Made by a program: the position numbers and the translations under genes
Notes under the pieces: model-generated
The model's input: the letters and a program-made list of their open reading frames with translations, nothing else
The model's database searches: none
What the model was told of the DNA's origin: nothing
Shown: one piece after another, positions 14,401 to 26,400 of the stretch
How the letters are laid out: each line of letters opens with the position of its first letter
Position numbering within the stretch: position 1 is the stretch's first letter
Source of the DNA: Mobula hypostoma
Taxonomy: Eukaryota
Direction of reading: 5' to 3'
DNA length: 64,000 nt
NCBI RefSeq assembly: GCF_963921235.1
Contig: NC_086097.1
Location: forward strand, 126,296,001 to 126,360,000

Positions 14401-17400
14401 GCTCCTTTTTACTCAAGTCTTTACTTCCATCCACCATGATGGCAAAATATCCAGCCTCCTTTGATTTCTGCACTTATTTGACGTCTGACCATATCTGCCA
14501 TAATACCTATAATTTCATTTTGGATATCGTGATGGGTGTTTTTTGCATTTCCAGGATTGTCCTCTATTTTTTTAGCTACAGTCTTATCAAACTTCCCAAT
14601 TACACTGAGCAACTCAACAAAGTTTCCCCTATTGCCAGATCCATCATTCTCCTGGTGTCCTCACTGGGCAATGCCTTGGCACGCAGTATAGCTTAGAGAC
14701 TCAACCACTGCTCTCATATACTCACGATTTTCTTGGACAATCTTTGCATGTCCTTTATCAAGCATATTTCCCAATCTTGAACCGTCTTGTTTTCTCAATC
14801 AGAATTCGGCCCATGCCTCCATAGCAAACTTATGAGCTGCACTTACATGGTGGGTTTTGAAAGCTGTTGTAGCTTTCCGCCAGTTGCGGTAACCGGTGAC
14901 AGTGAAGGTAGACTCAGAATGGAACCCATGTCCTCCACACAGGAAATGCCTGCATGCGAAGCAGAATGTAGCATCTTTTGTGATTGAATATTCCAGCCAG
15001 GAGTACAGGTCAAACCAGCGACAAATACTCCTTTGCTGATTGCCAAACTGTTGCGAAGGGTACTTTTTCAATGCTGGCCGATGGGGTCCTTCCTCAGGCT
15101 GCTGGCTAACATCGCTAACAGTACTCCCACTAGCACTAAGAGCAGCTTCATCCACGTTCTCTTCCAAATCCCGCTCCATTTCTTGTTCTTCTATTTCGCC
15201 CTCACACTCCTTCGATGAACTGCTGTCGTCCTCATCCCCACTTACTTCTTTCTGCAGGTCACTTTCAACTAAGACAGGCTCAGGGTGAGACACCACTGAT
15301 TCCTCTGGATGAGGTCGTTTTCTGACTAAAAATCGATCCATTTTTCATGCCGGCCAAAATAACGCACGTTCCAGGCCCACGCTCGCTTGTAAAAGCACAA
15401 CGTGCGCGTGTGGCATTCTTTAGTCCCGCGAGACCATGAATCTGCGCCTGGATGTATACTGTCAGTCTCTCGCGTGAGTGAGAGTGAGTGACATCACCAC
15501 CTTAAGTGATCTTAGATCAGCTTAACTGATCTGAGGACAGCAACAGCAAAACATTGACAATGAAGGAGTAAGCAGAAGTGTAGAGTGGATCTGACAGAGT
15601 TTATAACTTTATTGCTGTGTGGGTGCTATGGTAATTGGGGGCGCTGTTTCACTAGATCAACTGGAGAAACAAGCTGTATTCAAAACTATACAGAGAAAGC
15701 AAAGCAGCTGCAGTTAATTTCTTGGTGGTGCTATGGTGGTGCTATTGCAATTTCTGCTGGGGCTATAGCCCCAGCTAGCACCACCTTAGTGCTGCACCTG
15801 CCTCATTCCTCTAAATTCTAATAAGCATAGGCTCAAGTTGTTCAGTGTTTCCTCAGAAGACAACCCCCTTCATCAATCTAGTGAACCTTCTTTGAATTGT
15901 TTCAGGTGCAGGTTCATTCCCTCCTTAAATAAGGATATCAAAATTCCATGCAATAATTTGAGGTAAGGTCTAATTAGTAACTTGTAAAACAGGCTACATT
16001 CTATTTAATTTCTTAATTAAGGGTATGCTGCACTTTTGTAGTTATATTCTAACATAGATCCCTCTATATAATTGATTTAGCTGGACCATATCTATTTAAA
16101 TAATATTCAGCTTTTTTATTTTTCTAACAAAGTCTTTAACCTAAGTCCTGATGCAGAGTTTTATCGCAACATGACAGTAATCCTTTTCCTCCCACAGATA
16201 CTGCTGAATCTGCTGAGTTCCTCCAACAGATTATTTGAAATCTTACATTCCAATGTATTTGCCAATTTTTTTTATTAAGTCACTTAACCTATCTGGGTCC
16301 TTTGAAAATTCTTTGTCTTCATCACAACTTGCTTTTCCTCCTATTTATATATTCTTGGCACAATTGGTTACATTACACTTGGTCTCTGTAACTGAGCCTG
16401 TGGACTGTATAATAACTATTGGAAAAATGATTAAAGTAAAAAGATCAGGTTTGATCATCCACTCAGTTATGCAGATAAATGTGAGTAATGTTGTGTTGTT
16501 TACTGTCATCCGAGGTTTGTACTAAACTGATTAACATTTTTTTTGTGACAGATTCTAGACATCCGTCTCTGGCCTTTGTAGGTTTAGAATGGATAAACTT
16601 CACTGGCGATGATTTCGATATTGATGTTGAGAAGTTTTCTGAAACCGTGGATTCAGTACATCTTCTGAGTGAAATTTTGATTAAACATTTTATTTCTATT
16701 TCAAAATCAAATCGTCCAGAACTAACGGTATGATTAAAAAGCAGGCATTTGTAATAGACAATACATGGAGGTATTGGTATGACATTGTAACACATGATAA
16801 TATAACCTGAGACTCAAGTGTTTTACAACGAGCAAAGCCACATGTTTAATACAGACAGGTAGATACTGTATTTGTATATTTGCTGGTAAAGTTTAAATAT
16901 GGTTGCTTTTATTTGACTTTCTTTAAAATCGCTAGATTGACACAAACTCTTTGTGTAATTCACAGGCACTGATTCTGATTCATGGAACTGGACTGATGAC
17001 AGGAAAATCACTCAAGTTTGCTGATGTTGTAACTCTGGGAATACCCTTCCCCCTTGCTGATCAGCAAAGACATACACAATACAGTGTTTTAGATCTATAG
17101 GTAGTTGGCATTGGTGCTGAATTTCACTGTAGGGTATTTTTATCAGAGTTGGAGAAGGCTAGGAAGAGGCTGGATATTAAAGACTTAGCTCGGAAAGACT
17201 AGAGAAACATCAAGTTAGGGGGTGCTGGAGATTGGGAGAGTTGGAGAAGGTTAGTAGAATGCTAGCACCTTTGGAGCTGGATTTTGATACGTTCAGTTTA
17301 AAGATCATGACTGAAATAACATTCAGATCCTTGTACCCACGTACATCCACAGTCTAAAATATAAGACAATGCACATATGTAATTCAATTATTATTCCATC

Positions 17401-20400
17401 AGAAACAGTATTTACTCATGCAAATTTTCACAAAACATGGATATCTTGTAGGTGAAGAGTTTGCTGGTTCATTTCCATGATGTTTCAGCAACTGATAGTC
17501 AAAGGGCTCTGTCAGCAAAGAGCCTGAGACATTTCATTGCGATATTGTGCTTTGTGGAAAGTATAACATCACAGCTAAATGTCCTGCTGGACTGATAGAA
17601 AGCCAAACAAGAAACAACCAATTGGACACATACGCCTATCTTCCAGTAAGAAAAGGTCATAAGTACTCACAGCTAAGAGAGAACTTGCTGGTAAGATATG
17701 ACAAAAAATGCCACAATCTCTTTGGAAGAGAATTTTATGATGTCATACCAGAGAGAAGTTTTTTTTGAGTATTTTGTACAAATATGATGATGACATCGAC
17801 TCAGGCCTGAGAGGCCAGCATCCGGCATTTTCATGCCTTACAAGGCGCGGAACGAGAGACTGTGTGGCACGCCACTCCTCATACAGACGTAAAGCTATTT
17901 GTACAAATAGCTGTAAAGTTAGCACAGCTAAAAAGCATTTGGATTGGAGCTCCTTCACTTTAATGTCCATTATGTGCTACAAATTAGATTTGATATAAAA
18001 TAGGGCCTTTGATACACATTGTTCATGTCCAGAACTCCAAACTAGTTCCCCCATGTATTGCAGGTGAGGTTGCATAGTAACTTCAAATGTCATAATTTTC
18101 ACTAAGCCTACAAGCATCATTGGCTATTCATTCTGAAGTAGACAAAATAAAAAGCTGAATCTTGTTTCACCATCAGGAAAAAAATATAAGCTTGCCTTCT
18201 GTGGAGTCAGAAAGATTACCTCATAGCAGTACCTCCTGCTTGAAGTTTGTTTCTCAGTGTTCTGTTCCTAACCTATTCTGCTCCCTCTAAGTACCCCTTG
18301 TCCCACCCTGTTGCTGATGTCTTTGGACTCTCACTTGAATGCCTGGCTAGCCCCGCTAATTTTCATGCCATTGATCCATACTCCTTTAAGTACCTGCAGC
18401 CCAACCCAAATGAATCCTGTCTCGCCCTCAGATTTGGCCCCCAAAACTCCCATTCTTCAGTGGAAACTAACTACCATGATGTCATATCTGACTATCTTTG
18501 TTCGCTACATTTAATGCTGTCAACATCTTTGGGCACCCACACTTGTGTGTATAGCTTATGTTTTGATCAAGATAAAGAGTTCAATATTATTTTCTCCTTC
18601 AAAACCTTAGAAAATATTAAAGTGACCTCTTAAAATTGAACAGTCTATGAACTCAAGTTTATTTTTCATATGTTAATTCAGAAGTACCAAGACCAATTAC
18701 ATTTTCTTTTTATTCTGAGTGGGATTGGAGAACAAAGTGAATATAGATTGATTCATAAACTTTGTGTGTAACCCAAGGTTATTCAAGCTCCTAAAATAAT
18801 AGCTGAAGTTACTGATACAGCAGGGGATTTAACATATCGTTTTGGCTATAAAAATGTCAAGTAGTCTCCTCACTTTTTTATTAAAGATCTTAATAGATTT
18901 ATTTTATGTAATAAACACAAGTCAGTTCCTTTTTTAAAAGTCTCGTTTTAAAAATTTGGACTGATATGTGAAGAAAGAATATTTATTGTATTTTAGGTAA
19001 ACCTCAATGTGGTACAAAAGTTAATACAAAAAGGAGCTAAAGTTGACACCATGGACAAGCATGGACAATCATTGCTTCATGAGGTATTTATTGATTCTTT
19101 TCAATTGTTGAAGTCACTCCACTCTTTAAGAAGGGGAAGGGGCAAAAGTCAGGAAATTATAAGGCTGACTTCTGTGGTTGGGAAGATTTTGGAGTCCAGT
19201 ATTAATGTAGGATCCATGTTTCTGTTTCCTATCTGCATTGTATTTTGTGTTGCACATTTATTATGGTAGTTAGTCACATGGGCTGAGGTGTGGTTGAAGT
19301 GAAGAGTTCAGTTATAGGTTCATGCTTTGTCTTTAGGGTCAATCTAGAGCTAAGGGAGTGAGCTGGGGGTGATATCATCTTTTTGTTGACCACTTAATTA
19401 TGTGTAATTACATTGAAGAAAGCTTAAGTATGTTTATTTTGCTATATTGCTAGTTTTAGTTTCATTAGTTTTTATGGCTTCAAGATTGTTTGTTTTGCTC
19501 GATTCTTAACAAAAGGTTGAATGATTCTTTGACTTTGGAACCCTGTTATTGGACTGGATTGGAAGGCATGTAATACAGGATCAAACCACCCCACCCCTTG
19601 CTTAGTCTCTGAGCGGTGTTGGTTTGTTCAAGTAGCTGCTACATTTTGTCAACAAAAAAGATTCAATAGATTTGATACCAAACGAACATTATTCTTCTGC
19701 AAGGACTACATTTGCACTTGTCAATGAAATTAGAATTGCAGCATGGAGAAACCGGAGAAGACCATTCTCACTCAGCCTGGGGTAAGCACTTTACTAAAGT
19801 CCTGGAGGTGCTCTGCATCACTCTTGCCAGTTACAATGATGTCATCGAGATCACATTCCATTGCTCTTTGCCAAATTGCTGGAGCTGATGCAATGCCAAA
19901 GACAAAATGATTATACTGGAACTGTACCATATAACCTACTGTATAATATAAGACTACTTTATGTTGTACCAATACATCGTATTGAGCATGCACTATTAGG
20001 TGCGTATTGATCTGTATATATGCGTTTGGTTCGGGTTCCGTAAGTAAAAAGCCCCTGTTAACTTAGCTTCAGTCTCTAGCATTCTTATTTATAGTTTTGA
20101 TGTGTAACCCGGCCACATACACAACAAATTGGCGACAAGGTCAATGAACCTGCATCGTATCAGAATGCTGTGTTTTAATTGATAACGGCACTCAGAAGAG
20201 GCAGAGTAAGGCCGCGAGTCTGAAAAGAAGCAAGAGTTCAGCCGGAGTTGGGAATGTCGGGAGACTGAAAGACATAGTAGGAGCCACGGCGTGTCCAGGC
20301 GAGACCACAGCCGGCGCTGAACTCCAGGGCTGAGGGTCTGCCGCCTCAGAAGGGAGATAAAAAAAAAGGAGTAACACACGCATCTAGCTAGAGTTCGCTC

Positions 20401-23400
20401 GTGACGCTAGCAAAAAAAAGGTCACGTGAGTCAAAAAGAAAACAAGGGACTGGGTTTAAATTAACAAGGGACTGGGGCTAAATTCACATTACAAGGATAA
20501 ATTAACATAACAAGGATGGTGTTAATTGGAGCCATTACAGCATTTGATAGTGGCATTGAAGACTGGGCAACTTATTTTGAAAGATTAGAGTTATATTGTG
20601 ATGCTAACGACGTTAATGAAGAAAAGAAAGCCAGCGTTTTACTTAGGCTACGTCTTCACTATGCCGGATAATTTTGAAAACAAAGCTTTTTCTCTTTGTT
20701 TTGACCCTCCGTCCACATTGAAACGTCATTTTCATTCCCCGAAAATGGAGCTTTTCTAAAACACTCGCCAGAGTGTGTAAATTTGAAAACGATTGTTGCG
20801 CGTTGTAGTGTGGATGGGGTAAATGGAAATATTTAAAAATGCTGTTATGACAACACCAAACAACAATGCTTTTTCTGCTTCTGCTTGGTACTGCGCAAGC
20901 ACTGCTGGACGGCTGTTATAACACGCAGTCGATGTGAATGGCGTGAGAGTTAAATTGTAAAGTGAGCTTTTTTGACTAGATCCCCTAAATTGATTTGATT
21001 GAGTCTATCTTTAAAAATATTAATGTCAGAAATACTGCGCAGGTCTGGCGGCACTCCTTGTTGATCTTGGGTAGAGGACGGCTTCATGCATGTGTTGTTT
21101 ACTTTATTATCTATGTTAATAGCTTGTTTGGAGTTAAACATCTCCATGTTCTCCACTGCTTTGCTGACTTTGTAGTTATTTGTAACTCACCGGAACAGCT
21201 CGACTTCATTGTCTGTCTAAACAAAGAAGTCCGGTCTGCTTTTTCCAGCGGAGGTTTTCTTTGTATTCCTCGAAGACATTGTTGAAACCTTTCTTTCGCT
21301 GTTGTTGTTGGTACTGTAGTTTTTGAACAATGGAAATAGCACAACACCGCCGCGGAAACGTAAATATTACACTGTTTCCTCTTCGCTTGTTTTCTGTAGA
21401 TGTGTCTGCGTGTGCCCAGTAGGAGTAGATTCACTCAAATATACGTTTTAATGAGGACAGAGATATTTTGAAAAATGCCTAGTGTGGACACCTGTTGTTT
21501 TTACTCGAAACCAGCGTTTTCAAAATTATCTGGTCTAGTGTGGACGTAGCCTTAGTGTAATGGGCGCGAAAACATACGGCCTGCTATGGAGCTTGTTAGC
21601 CCCTGAAAAGCCAGTTGACAAAACGTTCAAGCAAATAGTAGACACTCTCCAACAACATTTAAACCCAAACCGCTGGTTATTGCTGAAAGATTTAAATTCC
21701 ATAAACAGAATCAGAGCAAAGATGAAAGCATTTCTGAATATTGTGCTGAATAGTGCAAATTATCAGAACATTGTCAATTTGGATCTGGTCTATCAGACGC
21801 ATTGAGGGATAGGTTAGTGTGTGGCATGCACTGTGAAACCACGCAGAAGCTCCTGTGTGAAAAAGACCTTACATTCGAGAAAGCGCTAAATATCTCAATA
21901 TCATTAGAAATAGCCGCACGAGGTGCTTCAGAGATACAACAAAAATCTCTGGAATATTTTTCGAATAAAATGTCACTGCGCAGAAATGAAGGAAAGAAAT
22001 GTTACCGTTGTGGGAACAGGTCACATGACCCTGATGGGTTAAAGATAAAGAATGCTGAAATTGTGGCAAACAGGGCCACACTGGCAGAGTATGCAAAGCT
22101 AGTAAACAGCAGGAAAAGGGCATAATACAGAGAAACAAGAAACCCCAGAAAGGAAAATACAACAATGTGCACAAAATGAAAGAAAGCAAATCTGATGAAA
22201 ATGACTCAGACAAAAGTGAATTGTCTTGTCTGCAACTTCACAGCGTGGAAGAGGCAGATGATCGAAGAGTAATATGGATCACTCCACAAGTGGCAGGCGT
22301 GAGACTGAAAATGGAGTTGGACACAGGCTCAGCCTTAACAGTGATCACTGTATGCGACTACAAACGACTGTTTTCGCACTTACCTCTGAAACGAACTAAA
22401 CTACTGCTGAAGACTTACACAGGACAGAAAGTGCATCCCGAAGGCAAAATTAAAGTGACAGTGACCCACGGAGGTAAAACACAGCAACTGAACCTTTATG
22501 TACTGAAAAATGGAGGACCACCATTGCTGGGATATGAATGGCTCAGGAAAATCCAGTTGGATTGGCACACCATCAAGGCACTAGATGTGTCAACAAAGGA
22601 GGGCAGCTCGGCAGGGAAGATGTCTGCAGCTCTCCTCTCACCCATTGTCAACTATTACAATGACGAGGAGGAGCTAGATAGCGTCGACAATGAGGACGAA
22701 CGCAGTATCCGTGGCCATGACTCAGATGAAGATACAGAGGGTGCAAGGGAGACAGATATTGCCAATAAGCAGGATAATGAAGACTACCTGGAAGTAAAAC
22801 AGCAGATGTACCAGGAGAAATTGACATCTCTCAAAAGACAGCTACAGCAGTTACAGGAAGGCACTTTGCAGGAGTATCAGAAAAGGATGAAGAAACTAGA
22901 TTAACAATACAAGGAAAGAATACGAAATGCAGAGCTTTTCTGCAACTGGAGACGAAAAAGTGGGAAGGAATTATATTAGAGAGAAGAAAGAAGCAGAGAG
23001 AGTGCAGGAGCCCCCACCTCAGACCAGCCCGAGCCACAACCACCTCACGCAGCCTGTCAACACCATGAGCGAGGCCGAGACGGAGCAGCAATCCAAACAG
23101 CAGCAGTGGCAACAGCCAGACAAACCCAAATCCCCCGGGGAGAAGAAAGTCATCGCAGCAAAGGTTCTTGGAACAGTAAGGTGGTTCAACGTACGAAATG
23201 GATACGGATTCATCAACAAGAATGATACAAAGGAAGATGTGTTTGTACATCAGACTGCTATAAAAACGAATAGCCCATGGAAATACCTCTGCAGGGTTGG
23301 AGACGGTAAAACTGTGGAGTTCGACGTAGTGGAAGGCAAAAAGGGTGCAGACACAGCAAACGTAACTGGTCCCGGAGGAGTTCCAGTCCAAGGAAGCCGA

Positions 23401-26400
23401 TATACCGTGGACAGAAATTGTTATCGTCGCTACAACCCTCACCGCCGTCGTCCACCATGTAATTACCAATAGAACATTGAAGATAGAGAGAAAGGAGATG
23501 GAGCAGAGACAGCAACAGATAGAGAAAACCAAGATGATCAAGATCAGCAACATCGCCCTCCTTACAGAAGACAGCGTTACCCACCTTACTTTGTTCATTG
23601 TCGCTATGGTCGCTACCCACAGTATAGCAACCAGCCTCAGGGAGAAACTGCTGAGGGTGGTGAAATAAATGAAAACCAGGTTGCCAGGGGAGAAGGTAAA
23701 CCTAACAGAAGACAAAATCAATTCCATTCAAACCGAACAGCTTTCACACAAGGTAAATCTTGAACCAATCATTTCCTCCATTGAGAATCATACACTTATT
23801 CTTTTGCAGGGAAGTTTCTTTTGCAAGTACATACTTTGAATCCTCAGCCAATGTGTTTGGCAACAAAATAGGATACATACAAAGAGCACGTCAGGCAGAC
23901 AAAACTACATGGACAAAAATAAATGGGATGCACAGGGAAGAGAAAAAGATAAAAAGATAAAAAGATAAAATGGTTTCAAACAGAGCACTAATTTGCATGC
24001 TGTTGATGAAAAATTTGATAATGGTAAGAGTGACACAGGACTGGGTAGCCTTGGGATTTACATTGTAAAACCTAACAATAGACAAACAATATGGCTTACA
24101 CCAGAAGTGAACGACAAATTAATTACAATGGAATTGGACACTGGCTCAGCTGTTTCAGTCATTCCACAAAATGAGATTGAATGGTATTTCAAAGATACTG
24201 AACTGAAACCTGCAGATATCCAACTAAGAACTTATACTGGAGAAAAGGTAACTCCGGTGGTTATGTCATTGTAGCAAGAAATATAACAACCAACATTGGG
24301 TTTTTATGTGGTAAAACAGGAGGGCCAGCATTATGAGGTCATCAGCGGCTGAGACAAATACAAGTTCTTTGGAGATCCATTCACCATTTGTATGCCACAA
24401 TCCTGCAAAAGAGTCAACAAAAAGCAATTTAAAAAAGTACCGATGATGCCAAGGCAGTTTTCAGGGATGGCATTGGAAAGCTAAAGCATCTCAAGGATGA
24501 AATAGTGTTAAATTAAAATGGCACATCTAAGTTTTACAAAGACTGTTCGGTTCCTTATACCATCTTTATAAAGTAGCTGGTAAGCTAGATTGCATGGAGG
24601 CTGAAGGGATTCTTTCCAAGACTGAGTGGAGTCTATGGGCAATACCAGTTACCCCAATAGCCAAGAAGAATGAGTTTATCAGGAAATGTAGTGATTTTAA
24701 GGTCACCATCAACCCAGTAGTGAAAGTAGATCAATACCCCCATGTCCAGGATAGAGGATATCTTTGCAAAACTTTCGGGAGGCAAACACTCCAGCAAAGT
24801 GGATTTAGCTGAGGCTTACCAGCGGATGGAGATGGAAGAAAAGTCCAGTGTTTCTCACCATCAACACTCAGAAAGGGCTTTATTGCTATAATAGGCTTAT
24901 TTTTGGAGTAACATCTGCACCTGCAGCCTGGCAGAAAGTTATGGACCAGGTGCTGCAAGGCTGCTCAGGTACTCAGTATTAATGATATCATTTTACTGGT
25001 AAAGATGACAAGGAATATCTTCAAAATCTCAAGAGAGTATTAAAGAGATTGGAATATTGTGGGCTCAGATCATAATGCAACAAGTGTGAATTTTTTTAAA
25101 CCAAGCATCCACTTATTGTAGTCACACCATTCATGCTCAAGGATTACATAAGTGTGCTGAGAAAATTCAAGTATTGGTGGATGCCTTAAGGCCAAAGGAC
25201 GTGTCACTGTTGTGGTCCTTGTTAGGATTTGTCAGTTAGGTATTAAAGATTCCTGTCAAACCTGCTTAAGGTGTTCCACCTCTTGAACTTATTACTACAG
25301 ATCAGAAAGAAATGGCAATATTCGAAGCAATGTGAGGTGGCTTTCTAAAAAGTAAAGGAAATGGTCAGACACTGTACTCACACATTATGATCCACGCCGA
25401 TCAGTGAAGCTTGCCGTGCACTGTTCGGGATACCAACACGTTCATGAAGAAAGGTTTCCAGAGCTGTCAGAACCACTTCCTGCAGTCCCAGAGTCAACTT
25501 CTACAACCACCATGGAGGAATCCCCAGAACCTGAGATTATATATATACAAGCCCCATTTCCAGAAAAGTTGGGATATTTTCCAAAATAACAATCTGTGAT
25601 ATGTTAATTCACGTGAACCTTTATTAAACTGACAAAAGTACAAAGAAAAGATTTTCAATAGTTTTACTGACCAACTTAATTGTATTTTGTAAATATACAC
25701 AAATTTAGAATTTGATGGCTGCAACACACTCAACAAAAGTTGGGACAGAGTTAAAATAAGATTGAAAAGTGCACAGAATATTCAAGTAACACTGGTTTGG
25801 AAGACTCCACATTAAGCAGGCTAATTGGTAGCAGGTGAGGTATCATGACTGGGTATAAAAATAGCATCCATCAAAGGCTCAGTCTTTGCAAGCAAGGATG
25901 GGTCGTGGCTCACCCCTTTGTGCCAAAGTTCGTGAGAGAATTGTTAGTCAGTTCAAAAGGAACATTTCTCAATGCAAGATTGCAGAGAATTTAGGTCTTT
26001 CAATATCTACAGTACATAATATTGTGAAAAGATTCAGAGAATTCAGAGACATCTCAGTGCGTAAAGGGCAAGGTTGGAAACCACTATTGAATGTGCGTGA
26101 TCTTTGAGCCCTCAGGCGGCACTGCCTAAGAAATCGTCATGCTACTGTGACAATTATAGCCACCTGGGCTCGGGAGTACTTCGGAAAACCATTGTCACTC
26201 AACACAGTCCATCGCTGCATCCAGAAATGCAACTTGAAACTGTATTATGCAAGGAGGAAGCCATACATCAACTCTATGCAGAAATGCCGGCGAGTTCTCC
26301 GGGTCTGAGCTCATCTCAGATGGTACGAAAGACTGTGGAACCATGTGCTGTGGTCAGATGAATCCACATTTCAGCTAATTTTCGGAAAAAACGGGCGTCG

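Noticed and set aside
12963..15341. Domesticated ZMYM1-like host gene
   Set aside because: Multiple frameshifts and stops plus an intact TSD identify it as a decayed transposon.
16463..16795. 110-aa minus-strand ORF
   Set aside because: It is antisense to exon 3 and has no independent support.
22620..23725. SUDS3 and YBX1 as the functional host loci
   Set aside because: Both are intronless, 3'-truncated, carry stops or frameshifts, and sit inside a Gypsy element.
22831..23727. 298-aa minus-strand ORF
   Set aside because: It is the antisense shadow of the SUDS3/YBX1 retrocopies and has no recognisable domain.
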